From Utricularia gibba (Eukaryota > Plantae > Magnoliophyta), in contig NEEC01000009.1 of the NCBI GenBank assembly GCA_002189035.1, positions 2,480,001 to 2,544,000 of the forward strand: 64,000 nucleotides of DNA, written 5' to 3'. Positions 13,398 to 26,224 of this stretch are shown piece after piece (positions within the stretch are counted from its first letter, which is position 1; every line of letters starts with the position of its first letter). The position numbers were made by a program, and so were the translations under genes. Below the pieces are notes generated by a model. The model worked only from the letters and a program-made list of their open reading frames with translations, made no database searches and was not told the DNA's origin.

Positions 13398-13660
13398 GAC
13401 GACGATGCACACACAAACACACGCACTCCACGTGACCATTCTTGTAAAATTACACCCAACAACCAATGCTTAACACTTTACTTCCCTTTATCATTTTTTT
13501 AAAAAACTAAAAAGGAAATCCCTCCAAAATGAATTGATTATATAGATTTATTCATTAATTATTTTTATCTAAAATTAATTGCATTTTTTTTTGTGTATAA
13601 ATAAATAGACGGGACTGAGGTGGCTCCACTGTAGACTGTAGACCAAAAAGATTTCATTTC

Positions 13661-14215
13661 ATGGAGACGCGCCGTGGAAAACCGGGCCACAAGTTCGCCG
13701 TTTCCACGGTGGCCTCCGATCAGTTTGAGTTTGCGTGCTTTCCGACGCCAGGGACGCCGGAAACGCTGGCCGATAATTTATTCCGCAATGGCGTGCTTCT
13801 TCCACATACATTTCCGATCTACCTGCCGCCGCAAAATGCTTGCAACTTTCCGTCGCTTAGCACTCCGACGATTAACCGTTCGCTGATTCGCGGCACAAAT
13901 GAAGCATTTGAGAGAAGAATTGCGTTTGGCGGTTGTGGAATCAGAAATCCGATTTCGTCGCGGAGGAAGAAACTGATTTCGAATTACGGCCACTCACGGC
14001 GCTGGAAATTGATCCCGGCGGCGCCGACCGTGATCCTGAGATCGAGGAAGGTGGAGCTCCGTGACGGATTGATGAAGAAATCTTCGGCGGCGATGGGTAC
14101 GGACACCGGGCCGCATAAGGCGTGGTGTGGGCGGAGGTTTTGGAAATCATTCATCCGCTCATGCCAAGAATGGCATTCCACCCAAATTGCAACGTCCACA
14201 TACGTGAACGTGTGA
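13661..14215 (+). CDS. Uncharacterised plant protein, 184 aa
   Basis: Single ATG-initiated ORF in a GC-rich island. FEF...ADNLFRNGVLLPHTFP and RRFWKSFIRSCQE resemble, from memory, a plant hypothetical-protein family with a BKI1/MAKR-like ADxLFxNGxLLP box. Confidence 0.6.
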   Translation: METRRGKPGHKFAVSTVASDQFEFACFPTPGTPETLADNLFRNGVLLPHTFPIYLPPQNACNFPSLSTPTINRSLIRGTNEAFERRIAFGGCGIRNPISSRRKKLISNYGHSRRWKLIPAAPTVILRSRKVELRDGLMKKSSAAMGTDTGPHKAWCGRRFWKSFIRSCQEWHSTQIATSTYVNV

Positions 14216-16069
14216 TCCAGCATATGGTAATTTGCTTACTGCTGCAACCAATCAGATATTTTCCATATTTGACTCTAATAAAATAAATATATTTACATGA
14301 CAATATTATATAAAATCCCATATACTTAATACCACAGTAATTATTATTTCCAACGTTTTAAAAATTGAAAATTATAATTTAATCACTCAAACAGAAAACC
14401 CTTTTAAATTTCAAATTCGAGGTGGCATGCACCTTAATTAAAATTAAATTGCATCCTATGCATGTATGCCACATCTTATCGAGGAACTTTTGAATATACG
14501 AAAAGCGAATTGGGCCTTCGCATCAGCATCCAAATTTGGGCTTTCAAGGGCCCAACTAGTAAGCCGAATTCCTATGACCCAATGGTGAGTGGGCCCTTTT
14601 CCTCTTCTACTTTATGTCGGATTTTTATTGCCTTTTTGTATTAATAAAAAGTAGAGAACACAATTTAATCGTTTATTGAAATTTCTTCAACGGCTGGGCC
14701 CTTGCTGATTTGAGTCATTAATGACGATTTAATTGCATTTTTTTTGGAATTATATGGAATTAATCCATTTTTATGATAATAACAAATTTGTTAATGAGGA
14801 AGATGATTAGATGTCCTAATCCCGACAGATCACAAGACGGTGACCCATGGGCTGGCTGTGGTGGGTCCCATGTACGAGACATCGAGTCGACACCCTAATT
14901 TCAACCAACCCCCTTTAATCCTCTGTGTTTAGAATTAGATATTTTGGTGGGAAGGAAAACAGAAAAATACAAATTTCCAAATAAAGAAAAACACCCCCAA
15001 AAAATTGCTATTTTCAGTATCGCATTATTTTATTATGCAATATAAATATTTTTAGATAAAAAAAGATAATAATTAGTAAAAATTTGAGAGTGGTTGGATC
15101 CAACATTGAATGTGATTTTGTCGGCATGCTTTGCCTTCATTACAGGTAATAATAATATATAACCGTTGTATTTTAATGCGACGCATCCCCCCTCGCCCTT
15201 TTTCTTTCTTTTTCAAAAAAAAAAAAGAAAAAAAAATCTCCCTCCAATTAGGGTGTGGTGTCAATATCCATGGCTGCATAATTGACAATCGTGACCTCTT
15301 TAGTTGCAAGTCTCACTCACCCATTTGGGGATAAAATACCATAAATTTGAATAATACAAGTATTTATATCTATTTTAAAAATCAGGTTGAATTAAACTAA
15401 AACGTGTTAAAATATTAAAAAATGAATAATGATTCAATCATAGTTCAATTAAATTAAATTGTAACTTTATACTTTTTTATAATACTATATTATATTAAAA
15501 TTGCTAGTTTTAAATGGATCGGTCAAATAGAGCTTAAGTTCATGCCATTTACAAATACGACCATCCTACCATTTTTTCTCACATATTTAGCCAGATTTTT
15601 TTAACTAAACAATTTTCTCAAAGAGACAAGAAGCATGACTGTTTTAATCATGTTGTCATTAATAGTAAAAAAAAATGAAACTAAACCACGATTATAGTCA
15701 TATTTTGTTTTTTAAAAATACTTAGGTAAAACTATTTTATACTAAGGTTGAATGGTGAGTTGTTGAGATAAAAGCATATTTTTATATATAGGTAGTCATT
15801 ATTGCACTCCTACTTAGGAATTGGTACCTTTTTTCAGTAGCAGGTAGGTGTGTGTGTAACATGGGTGTTACGCATCAAAACAAGTAGAAAAATGGACACA
15901 AGCAACGACGCATCTCCAGTTTCATTTCATTTTTTGTATCCTGAATTATTTACTTACTATATATATACACTGTCTTAACTGTACGGACAATTACAAAAGT
16001 AGGAGCGAGTGGGGTTCACCGCCAGATTTCGCATTATTCGACTGAATAACGGACACAATAATCACACCA

Positions 16070-16074
<5 letters not shown>

Positions 16075-16104
<30 letters not shown>
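16075..16104 (+). repeat. (TAA)10 microsatellite upstream of TTL1
   Basis: Read directly from the sequence. Confidence 0.95.
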
Positions 16105-16105
<1 letters not shown>

Positions 16106-16583
16106 TAGAATAATAATAATAATGTATTTTGTTATTGATTTTATTTGGATTTACTACTGGAATCAGGTGAGTATGTTTTTTTAATATGCGAATATGAATA
16201 TTATTATTTATATGTGACGTTTTTGGTAAAAACAGTACTATAAGTGAGGATAGCGCCGCAGTCTGGTAATAAAACAAGAGAAGAGGAGAGAGCGGTGGAG
16301 GGAGATGAGTTGGATTGCTGCTGCTGGTGGAGCAGCTGGTGAGGGGTGATTCTTGGAGAAATCGAGTATAAATTGTTGGGTTTTTTTTGTATCTATATGC
16401 GTCTGTGGAGTGTAAACCCTTTCCTTTGCTGCTGCATTCCTTCTTCTTACTTCGTCTTCACAAGATACCTATCCGTTCATCTTTTTTTGTTGTTGTTGTT
16501 AGTTTCCCTTTGCAGTACATGCTATCTTCGCAATCCCATCTTCTCGAGTATCAACGCTGTTGCTGGTTTGTGTGATACCGAGA

Positions 16584-19310
16584 ATGTCGAAACCCAGCTC
16601 CGAAACGGGGCTCAGGAGTGCTTTCCCTTTTGTGGGTAATGAGAACAAGCCCGATTTCAAGGAGCTTGATCTGGGTTCACCCATTTCGCCTCTCCGTTCA
16701 CGCAGAGGGGGCGGCGGCGTTACCACCAGTAGCAGCTCCAGTTCTTCTGAATCTATGAGGGGTTACATGGATCCGGATCTACCCAGAAAACCCCATTCCA
16801 ATTCAAACAATCATTCGGGAGAGCTTTCAGTCGAAAGTTCCCCCTCCGCTGCTCGAAACACGAAGACCGGTAATAGCAAATCCGAATATATGGGCAGTTC
16901 CGTAACGTCTCCCTCCGGTAATGTCTTCCCCACGGGGAACATTTGCCCCTCGGGACGGATATTGAATCCCGGAAACCCTGGCCGGGTATCGAGGCCCGAG
17001 GCGTTGTGTTCTGGTGCGGCGAATCATGGGCGCGGCACCGTAATGCGAAACAGCATTCCAACGAAACCCACAACAGAGACAGTTTCTCAAAATTACTCCA
17101 AGGGGTTAATGGTTGGCTCGGATCCGGGGAAGAGGAGTACACCTGTAATTAACAGCAGTGGTTATGGTGATCCCGAGGAGCTTAAAAGAATGGGGAATCT
17201 CCGTTACAGAAAAGGTAACTTCGTGGAGGCTTTGAGCTTTTACGACAAAGCTATTGCTATGTCGCCTAGCAAGGCTGCATTTCGATTCAATCGCTCTGCT
17301 GCGTTGATGGGTTTGAACCGTTTGGCGGAAGCGGCGCAGGAGTGCGAGGAAGCTGTTAGGTTGGATCCAGGATACGTAAAGGCTCACCATCGGCTTGGAT
17401 CTCTACTTCTTAGGTGAAGTTTTGAATGCCTGATGCGACGTTTTGTTGATAAAGATTGAATCTTTAGTGATATGATCAATTGTTTGTCTTTTTTAGTGAT
17501 GCTTCACATGATGCTACGTGTCTTTGGAATATAGTGATCATTATGTTTACCTTTTCATAGTTTCTGGGATTGGCCATCATTCTCTCTTTTCTGCATCAAA
17601 TCTCCCCTCCCCTTGTGTTTCATGCTACTTTCGATGTTAGTCCCCTGGCTGGATCATGTATGGTTGTACTAGCTGAGAATCAGAAGTTCGTTTCCTGAAT
17701 GTCTTATCAGTTGAAGAGTTCAGTTTCTGGATTTCTTTTCTGTATGTTAAAATATCAAGGATTGCAGTCTTGGCCAACTTGAGAATGCGAGGAAGCACCT
17801 CTGTCTACCTGGAAACCAGGCAGACACAGTGGAGTTACAGAAACTTCAATGTGTGGAGCAGCATTTGAGCAAGTGTAGCGAAGCTCGTAAAGCCGGCGAT
17901 TGGAGGACCGTGTTGAGGGAAATCGACGCGGCATTCGCTGCAGGAGCTGACGCCTCACCTCAGGTGAAGTGATGTTCAGTGTCTAGCTCTCTCATATTGA
18001 AACTGATGCATTTTCTCTTGGCAGTTTTTTGCTTGCAGAGCAGAGGCCTTGCTAAAGCTCCATCAACTGGATGATGCCATTTTAGCCTTGTCCAATGTGG
18101 ATGACACAGCATTATCGAAGTCGAGGATATTCGGGACGCTTCCAGTGTCATATATTTCTTTCGTTAGAAGTGAAATCGAGTTGGCAAAAGGAAGGTTAGC
18201 TAAAAACATATGCTTTTGGTCCAAATTCAGAACAGATTTCAACAAAGATATTCAATGTTGTGCAGGTTTGATACTGCACTTCTGCATATTGAAGAGGCTG
18301 CAAAAAAGGACCCTCAAATCGGAGAAATCTCAGCTTTGTTGAACAATGTGAAGCTGGTCAGCCGAGCTCGTGGCCGTGGCAATGATCTGTTCAAATCAGA
18401 GAGGTTCACAGAGGCTTGCTCAGCTTATGCTGAAGGTCTGCAGTTAGATCCCACGAATTCTGTTCTCTACTGCAACAGAGCAGCTTGCTGGTTCAAGCTT
18501 GGTTGCTGGGAACGATCCATAGATGACTGCAATCAAGCACTTCGAATTCGGCCCAACTACACCAAAGCACTGCTTCGCAGGGCTGCTGCTAATTCTAAGG
18601 TTGAGACTGCATCTCCATACTGATGCATAGCTCACCACTCCAAATTCACTTCAGGTGCTTTTCTTCTCTTTAGCTCAACCAATGGAGTGAAGCAGTGAGA
18701 GACTACGAGACGTTGAGAAGGGAACTTCCAAATGACTCAGAGATTGCAGAGTCACTTTTCCATGCTCAAGTTGCACTGAAGAAGTCTCTAGGGGAAGAAG
18801 TGTTAGGTGGGGCAGTGGAGTCCATTGCAAGCCTCGAACGGTTCCAAGCTGCAACTTCGTCTCAGGGTAAGCTTATCCCTGCTGCTTTTCATGCCATCGG
18901 ATGGTGGAGTTCATTGTTGTGGCATATGGATGGATGGATGGATGCGCAGGTGCTTGTGTGGTTCATTTCAAAACAGACTCAAATGTTGAGTGCAATGAGA
19001 TGTCTCCCTTCTTGGATACATTACGCATCAAGTACCCGTCTGTGAGCTTTCTCAAGGTCCGCAGTGCAAATGAGATGATTCCTGGTTGCTTGATCCATAG
19101 ATTCTTCTCTGAACGGTTTGACAGACTCTCTTGCTTGTGTGTTTCATTTTGTTGAAGGTGGATATTGATGAAGCCATGGCAATAGCTGAAGCTGAGAACG
19201 TAAGAATAGTTCCCACCTTCAAGATATACAGAAAAGGGAGCAGAGTGAAGGAGATGATATGCCCAAGTCAACAAGTGCTGGAGGCATCCATCAGAGACTG
19301 CAGTATCTGA
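16584..19310 (+). CDS. TTL1: TPR repeat-containing thioredoxin-like protein, TTL1-like (7 exons)
   Basis: [19 protein letters not shown]-terminal box and TPRs ([33 protein letters not shown]). C-terminal thioredoxin-like domain ends [20 protein letters not shown]...DCSI*. The exons I checked splice in frame. Confidence 0.92.
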
Positions 19311-19881
19311 AACAAACATCAACAAACAAGTGCTTTCTTCATGTGACAGGATTCAATCAGCTGCGTTTATACCGGCCCTGTTGCCGCTTTACATATTCCT
19401 TCATTGAAAATGGGGATCTCATACGCAAAAAGGTGTTTGACATTTGGCTAGTTCAAAAGTGAAACAAAGAAGATGAACATGGCAAACAAGGTCATTGATT
19501 ATTTTGTTAAATCATTTTACCAATGAAGAAACTCCCAAAGTAAACGGTTTTACATGTACTAGTTTGCGCCATGATACCTGGATGAGCAAAGAAAGCCACT
19601 ATTATGTGACTCGGCCATTTGAAATCCAACAAGACAACATGGTTGACAAGAGTTGAAATAACACACAGGAAATAGGCGATAACAGACTAATCACAGTTAA
19701 AGTAAGGTTACATAATGCGCGAACTCACAAGCTACGATGGAACAGGTTCATGAGTTCAGAACTTCCCCCATTGGAAACCAAAGGGTTTCAGCAGCCTCTG
19801 AATTCGGTAAGAATTATCAACATAACATACAGGAACTCTTTGGTGGTCATTTTCTGCAGTGGTGGATTCTACGACTGTCAC

Positions 19882-21197
19882 TTATGCACCACTTGCATAT
19901 AAGCGAGTCCATTCTTTGGCTGCAGTTCAGAGTTACAAGCTAGATCACGTCGTGTTGTTCACTTGAAAAAAGATGTGAGGTTTCACAAGGGTGTAAATAC
20001 TTCCCAGTACCTGTATCCACAGCTTCTGCTTCATTTGATTTCCAATGCTTAGCAATGTTTTCAGAAAGTGGATCATCTGGATTAGGAGCACTCAGGAGAG
20101 CTTGAATGCTGCAAGTTAAAAAGCCGAACATATAAGTGCAAAAATCAAAACAATTTCTATGAAAGTGTTGCATGTCTTACTACCTCAAAAGTACAGTCCT
20201 GATCTGAAGTGCTGGACTCCATTTATCCTTGAGAATATCAAGGCATATTCTTCCAAGCTGAAGGTAAATCAATGAGACAGCGCACATGAGGAAAGTATTC
20301 ACAATCAAGAGTAAAATGACAGACCTTGTCAATATTGGGATGGTAAATTTTTGTAAGGAAGCGAACCTGTCAGAAGACAGTGCGGACAACATTAAGGTGC
20401 TTCTCAACCATTACAAGTGGAAGGAAAAATACCACTAGAAATATTTGGGAAACCACCATTTCAAGAGGTATCCTTACTTGGCAGAGCATCTATCATTTTA
20501 ATCATATTAAAAAATGTAAAGATGCTCCTAGAGGTTGGACATCATGGCAGGTAAGGAGCAATACAGCAGGAAAAGTTAACTGAGAATTATTTCACCGTGC
20601 AGAAAAAAAAAATTGATGTACCTTCGGTGCAGCCATTGGATACTCTTCCGGTAAAAACAACTCAAGCTTAAAGACTCCACCTAGACATTAGGTTCATTTA
20701 GCATAGAAACAAGAACACCAGTGCTACAAAATACTAGAGTTCATTCATAAGCACGTTGTTTCACTGTACCTTCATAAGGGGATTGAGTTGGACCAAGGAT
20801 CATTACGTTGAAATAGCGCATATTTTCCTCTGAAGGGGAAGCGCTTATTCCCGGAGCTGCATCGCGGATGAAAGACCAGACCCAATATCACAAATTTGCA
20901 ATTCAATCCATAGTAACCGAATTCAAACCACAAAATCCATATCAAAACACTCCGGATTCAAAAAATGATTAATCCCCGTGTTCGGGTATGTCTGGAAACT
21001 GTATTACTTCACCTGGTTCGCTCAGTAGTCGCTGAGTTTCCTGCCATATAAATAAAAAAAAAACATGAAAACTTGAATATCAAACGTCCCGCTAAAAAAT
21101 CTAGGGTTCATAACTATTAAAAGCGCGATCGCGTCAGAAAAGAGGGGCGATCGGAGCAAACCTTGATGATTCGCCGGGGCAAATTGCTGTTCGCCAT
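19882..21197 (-). CDS. UBC35: Ubiquitin-conjugating enzyme E2 of the UBC35/UBC36 (UBC13) type, 8 exons
   Basis: [12 protein letters not shown]|ETQRLLSEP|[23 protein letters not shown]...FHPNIDK-equivalent YHPNIDK|[24 protein letters not shown]|[15 protein letters not shown]...|[12 protein letters not shown]. Confidence 0.96.
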
Positions 21198-21827
21198 TGA
21201 CACGGAATCCAAAGCTTCCCTTTTTCCGCCTCCCCAAGCGTAGATTTGAAGCCAACACAAAAACAAATTGCTCCCTACTCCACCACCCCCATCTCATTGA
21301 AAAGACGTATTCCACTCACTACAGAGAGGCCCGGCCCATCATTAATTAACCTAGCTTTTGTAATATTTTCTGTAGCCCTAAATAAAAGTTGGCACCTTCT
21401 GATCAACTCTTGCTCTCAGGGAAGCCTGTAAATGGAGTTCCAGTTGCAAATTCCATGCCCTGTACACCCAAAAAAGATCCAGTATTTTAAGGAATGGATT
21501 CAAGATTCATTAACGGGTGGGTCAAGTTGTTTGTTTGGAACTTCAGATGAGCTTCATTGTGTTGTATGATCTTTCCATTTTGCACAGAAACAGTTCAAAA
21601 CCCCATGAAAGTGAAACTCAGTGGCTGCAAAGGCATTACTCAGCCCCATAAAGTGTATTACATTGTAAAAACGGATCCACTGGTCATACTAATCATAGAT
21701 TAGTAGTTTTGTGGACAATAAGAAAATAGTGGCAATGCTCCAATATTCATTTAGTTGGATGGCTACATAGGAAACTGACAGTGCAAAGTCTTTGCAGGAC
21801 AGACTCTATGAGGATGCCTCATTTGCA

Positions 21828-23598
21828 TCAAGGAAAAGGATATCCAAGCAATGATTTCCTTGGAACAGAAGGCAGCTTCTTTTCTTTTATGCATTCACTG
21901 CTCTCTGTGTCATAAAGAATGGTGTAATTTGAACTACTCACATTTCTCAAATAGCAAGAGATCTCGCCTTTGTAAAACAATTGTTGCTGTGTGCTTCCAA
22001 CTCCACTCACAACTAAGTTGCCATTAATAAGAATAGACCCTTGCCCATCTTGCAGGTTCCAAAGTTTTGTCGTTAAAATCTCAGAACCGAAGGCCTTTTT
22101 GCGGGTCTCCTTGAAGCCTAAGCTCACATTGGCTACTTCCGCAGACATATTTCCTCTGGGGATGGAATTCACGTAAAGGAAAAGATTGAATTCCCTTGGA
22201 GAGTTTGTAGTAGTGACATTTGAATCAGAAGTCTTCACACTGAGAGTGTTGTTGGAAATGATAACCTGGTTCACCTTCTGTAGATTCATATCATTTCCCA
22301 TGACCATAATGTTGTTATACTTGAACTCTTGAATGAATCTGGTGACAACCAATCCATGAGATGATTTCACATATCCACTAGAATCAATCGTCCTACTTGC
22401 ATTTGTGATGAATGATCCATCCAGACCGGAGAAATTTGAATTCAACGAATATGACAAGGGTGAGGAGCTATACTGGATTAATTTCCCCGAGTCTTCTTCA
22501 GCTTGGGATCTAACCAAAGATGCAAATTTGCATTTACGTACCATACATTCAGGGCATTGGTGACAGAGAATGCCAGTTTATGAGTCTCCCCATCTAATAT
22601 TTTGCTCAATAAAGGGGTGATCTCAATGTCATATGAGGGGAGATCAAAGGATCCAATCCCAGTTATTGGCCTCCAAAGAAGGGGGTTGATTCCACCAGTA
22701 TAGATCACTGTGAATGGCCATACTACACCAGCTACTAAGTCATCCAATGTAACAACTATTTCACGAAATGGACCGTTTCCTGCAGCTCCGGAAATGTTGT
22801 TTGCAGATAGATAGTCCTTTGGGTAGTTCGAGTACCAGAATTCATCCTTTTCATGAAAAGAAACATACACCTCCAACACAGCCCTGTATGTGTTCCTTGG
22901 AATTTTGAACTCTTTTGCCGCGATATCACTTGCATTCTGTATCCTAAACCAGAGACCATCATTCAATGGCAAGTTTCTTGAAATTGGAAGTATCAGATCC
23001 GCCACAGAATCATGTGCATTGTCAAATCCAAACCGGTGTACTTCACTTTCAGTAGGATAAAAATGAATGCTAATACTCACATGATAAACTCCAGTATAAG
23101 TACTGTCAACAATATTTCCCAGATAAACAGCAAGCGTCTGATTACCGAGTAGCATTGACCGGTACCTCGTGATGTCCTTCTTCACAGTCCAAATTGTTCC
23201 GGTAGCTCTCGGCTCCGCCGTGCAGCTTCTCAAAATCTCAACCCCACTCAACCAAACCCCGAAGATTCTATCGAATTGACGGCCTTTGCTTGTCGCCGTC
23301 CACTCAAGAACGATATTATCGAAATTCTGAGATGGGCAATCTGTGGGTGGCTTATATTCTGCAAGAACGGGTGGTTGAGTGTACGTGTAGCCGAAGTCAT
23401 GCTGAAGAACCAAATAAGAACAGGGTTTGGTGTTTGGAAGCCGAATCGGGTTTTTAACTTCGAAGTAAGTGGTGAAAGGAATGTCAGCGGCCTCCGCCGT
23501 AGGTTGCGATCTGAATAGCGCCGTCGTGGTTCGGATGTCTGCAGCGGCAGGGCTAAGAAGAATGAGGACGGAGATCAGGAAAAAGATATATCCCCCAT
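21828..23598 (-). CDS. Peptide-N4-(N-acetyl-beta-glucosaminyl)asparagine amidase A (PNGase A); two apparent -1 frameshifts (23592-23596 and 22485-22488)
   Basis: Motifs GRQFDRIFGVWLSGVEILRSCTAEP, LPLNDGLWF, HEKDEFWYSN, GNGPFREIV and GGINPLLWRPITGIGSFDLPSYD, continued by ORF 21828-22544. One extra G after the ATG at 23598 gives the signal peptide MGGYIFFLISVLILLSPAAA. Confidence 0.9.
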
Positions 23599-24186
23599 GC
23601 TTGCGGTAGTTCACCCAACAGTCAGCACTGAGCCGTGAGAACCATAAAATAAAAATGGCATCTTTAATGATGGCTCAAGTAGAAATTGATCCGAACCAAG
23701 TTTTATTTAGTAGTTGCTTACCGAGGAAACTGCCAAGGCACAAGTCAAACACTGTAAATACAGGTAGCAGGGTAGAAGCAGAGAGGATCCCGCATTTGTA
23801 TTCAGGAGAAGAAGATCCAGGCAATGACTTCTTGGGAAACCAAGAACATTGGAAGCTTGCACAGTTTCACTTCCATTGGCGATAGAATTGAAGTATATGT
23901 AAAGAGTGAACTCCTTGGCGACTTGTTGTGGCCTAGCCGGAAAGGAACTCCGTTCAACCGGTAATGTCCGACGCCATGACGAGGATACCTCTCACTCCTC
24001 ACGCGTAATTCACATGGCCAAGTGGGTATGGGCTGTGAACAGTGAATGAATGGGGGTAATGGGCTTGCCTGGGCACCATCACTTCAAAGAGGCGTAGTCT
24101 GAACTTCCTCTGCCCATCAGACAATTTTACGGCAACCTGGTTGGATGGAGTAGCCTGAAACGCGGCGGCGGAGACGTTGTAGAGGT

Positions 24187-25369
24187 ATGAAGTGCCTGAC
24201 GAGCACTCGTATTTTTCTCAATCATCGTAAGCCCTACAGGCAATCAAGAAATTCTCTTGCACTCCCAATTTCTACCGGTTTGTCTCCGTTTTTGTCCTTT
24301 TCTTCGATTACGCGGAGACCCTTTTCGCTCTTGGCTGCATTTCTTGGAAAAAATGAGGCCAAGTCTCAAGCACGATTGAGCGATTTCTTTAGAATTGCTA
24401 ACTTGCCCGAACAATGTTCCGAGAAATTTGAAGTGAGGGCTGAAGACGAATGTGAAAATGCCTCTACAGTAGAAAGTTTGAAGAGGTTGGAGAAAGAGGT
24501 GAGGACGAAGGAGAATAAGAGACGGATTAAGCTTCTGACTGAAAAGGTTGATTACACCGCGTGGCCTAGACATCCGAAGGAGGTGAAAATCTCAGTTTCT
24601 TGTGATCCAACCGACAGCGGACTTGAGGATCCATGTGTTAACAAGGAGCTTTCTCCTGAAATGCAAATGTTCGTAGAGCATTTGCACATTCAAGGATACT
24701 TCAAAGACTCCAGCTTTGCGAATCAAACTGAGTTTGATGCAAGCTTGTTTCAGAACAGCTATGCCCGTGGGTTCATCAAGTTTGCAGCGGTGAGGTTTGC
24801 AAGGAATCATGGGGAGGTGGCAAAGTGAGTAATCAATCAATCATCTTTGTGCTGGTTTCTTTTTTTTCTGCAGATAGTTGACTTCATGCTCGACAAAAGT
24901 CATTTCCTTTCTGAAAACTGAGGTATCTGTGAATCCGATCCTCCAGATGGTTATCTGCTAGTGATCTGAAGAGGGTGGCTCTCTTCGGATGCCCATCGCT
25001 TGGGCGACAGTGTGTGCAGTCTGCGAAACACATGCGCAGTTACTTCAAAATTAAGGAGCACGAGGTAAATTCTAAAAAGAGAGTTAGTCCCGATTCCATT
25101 GCTCCTTTTGAGTAGTTGTTCTGGATCATCAGGTGTGCGGAAGATGCAAACTGAAGGATTCATGCAGTTTAGCGACTAAAACCGGTACAACACCTGTTAA
25201 AAGCCTGAATATGGCTTCTGTAACCAGAGTCCTCACCGTGTATGCTTTGGGTTCAGTCCCAAAGAAGCTCACCATTCCTGATGAAATCAATGCTTCTGTT
25301 GGCCGATTACTCAAGGAAATAGTGAATCTCAGTAAGGGAGGAGTCCATGAGACCCCTGATCTAGCCTAA
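24187..25369 (+). CDS. Uncharacterised, probably organelle-targeted protein with a VAR3/OZ-like Cys-containing domain
   Basis: Exons 24187-24824, 24947-25064 and 25133-25369 join in frame: transit-peptide-like N-terminus, then HLHIQGYF, WLSASDLKRVALFGCPSLGR, VCGRCKLKDSC and RLLKEIVNLS. Confidence 0.8.
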
Positions 25370-25669
25370 CTGCTGGATGGTAGATCTCTTTTTTGCATAT
25401 CTAGTATCTCTTCTAAAACAAAGGAAAGATTCGATTTTTCTATCAGATAAACAAGGAAGAAGCTGCGAATGGCCCTCAACATGCTACCCTGAATCTAACA
25501 CCCTTTTTATAGCACACCAGAAGAATGGATATCGTTCTTACTAAGACTTGGCTCTACCACAGAGCCCACATGAGACCAATTAGACTCAGTCGAGAGTACG
25601 AGTTCAAACCTTCCGATGAAAGCTCCATTTGAACCGGTAAACCCGGATCATGATACAGCAAACAACGAC

Positions 25670-25670
<1 letters not shown>

Positions 25671-25706
<36 letters not shown>
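25671..25706 (+). repeat. (CTGT)9 microsatellite
   Basis: Read directly from the sequence. Confidence 0.95.
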
Positions 25707-25987
25707 GTGCTGTGTCAAGAAATGAAACCCATTCATGTCTAAAGACGATTTCAATAAGGGTTGATGAATCGGCTTCCATGGCGGCCGGAATGTCTTGCGT
25801 TCCCATGTCATGATTCCAATCTCTTGACCAGTTCGAAAGCACCCGTAGACCGGTTATGTTCGTACCAACAGCGGTCAAGTTTCTCTACCTCCCATTTTCA
25901 ATCCGTACGCCCGCAACAGACACATATAAATCCCGGCCGAGGACACGAACTACGGAATACAGCAGTCGAATCGGACACAGCCGATCC

Positions 25988-26224
25988 ATGGGAGGAGCCA
26001 AGGGGGAGCGTCCCGTCAAGGTGGTGGTGATCAACACGCGATACGTTGAAACGGACAAATCGAGCTTCAAGTCCGTCGTCCAAAACCTCACCGGGAAAGA
26101 CGCCGTCGTAGGAGGGGAACCGCGGCGGGTGTCCGATGGGAGACCCATACTGAAGGACTTGGATTCCATGCTCAATGAGTTGCCTCCACTTGATGAGCTC
26201 ATCAGGCTGTACCCCGAGCTGTGA
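25988..26224 (+). CDS. Small VQ-motif protein (VQ1/VQ10-like), 78 aa
   Basis: PVKVVVINTRYVETDKSSFKSVVQNLTG carries the FxxxVQxLTG motif; C-terminus ELPPLDEL. Confidence 0.92.
   Translation: MGGAKGERPVKVVVINTRYVETDKSSFKSVVQNLTGKDAVVGGEPRRVSDGRPILKDLDSMLNELPPLDELIRLYPEL

Noticed and set aside
10139-13466. Many antisense or alternative-frame ORFs over PSKR2 (also over XLT2, CYP82, the PPR and the ERF)
   Set aside because: Shadow ORFs of real coding sequence, with no domain features.
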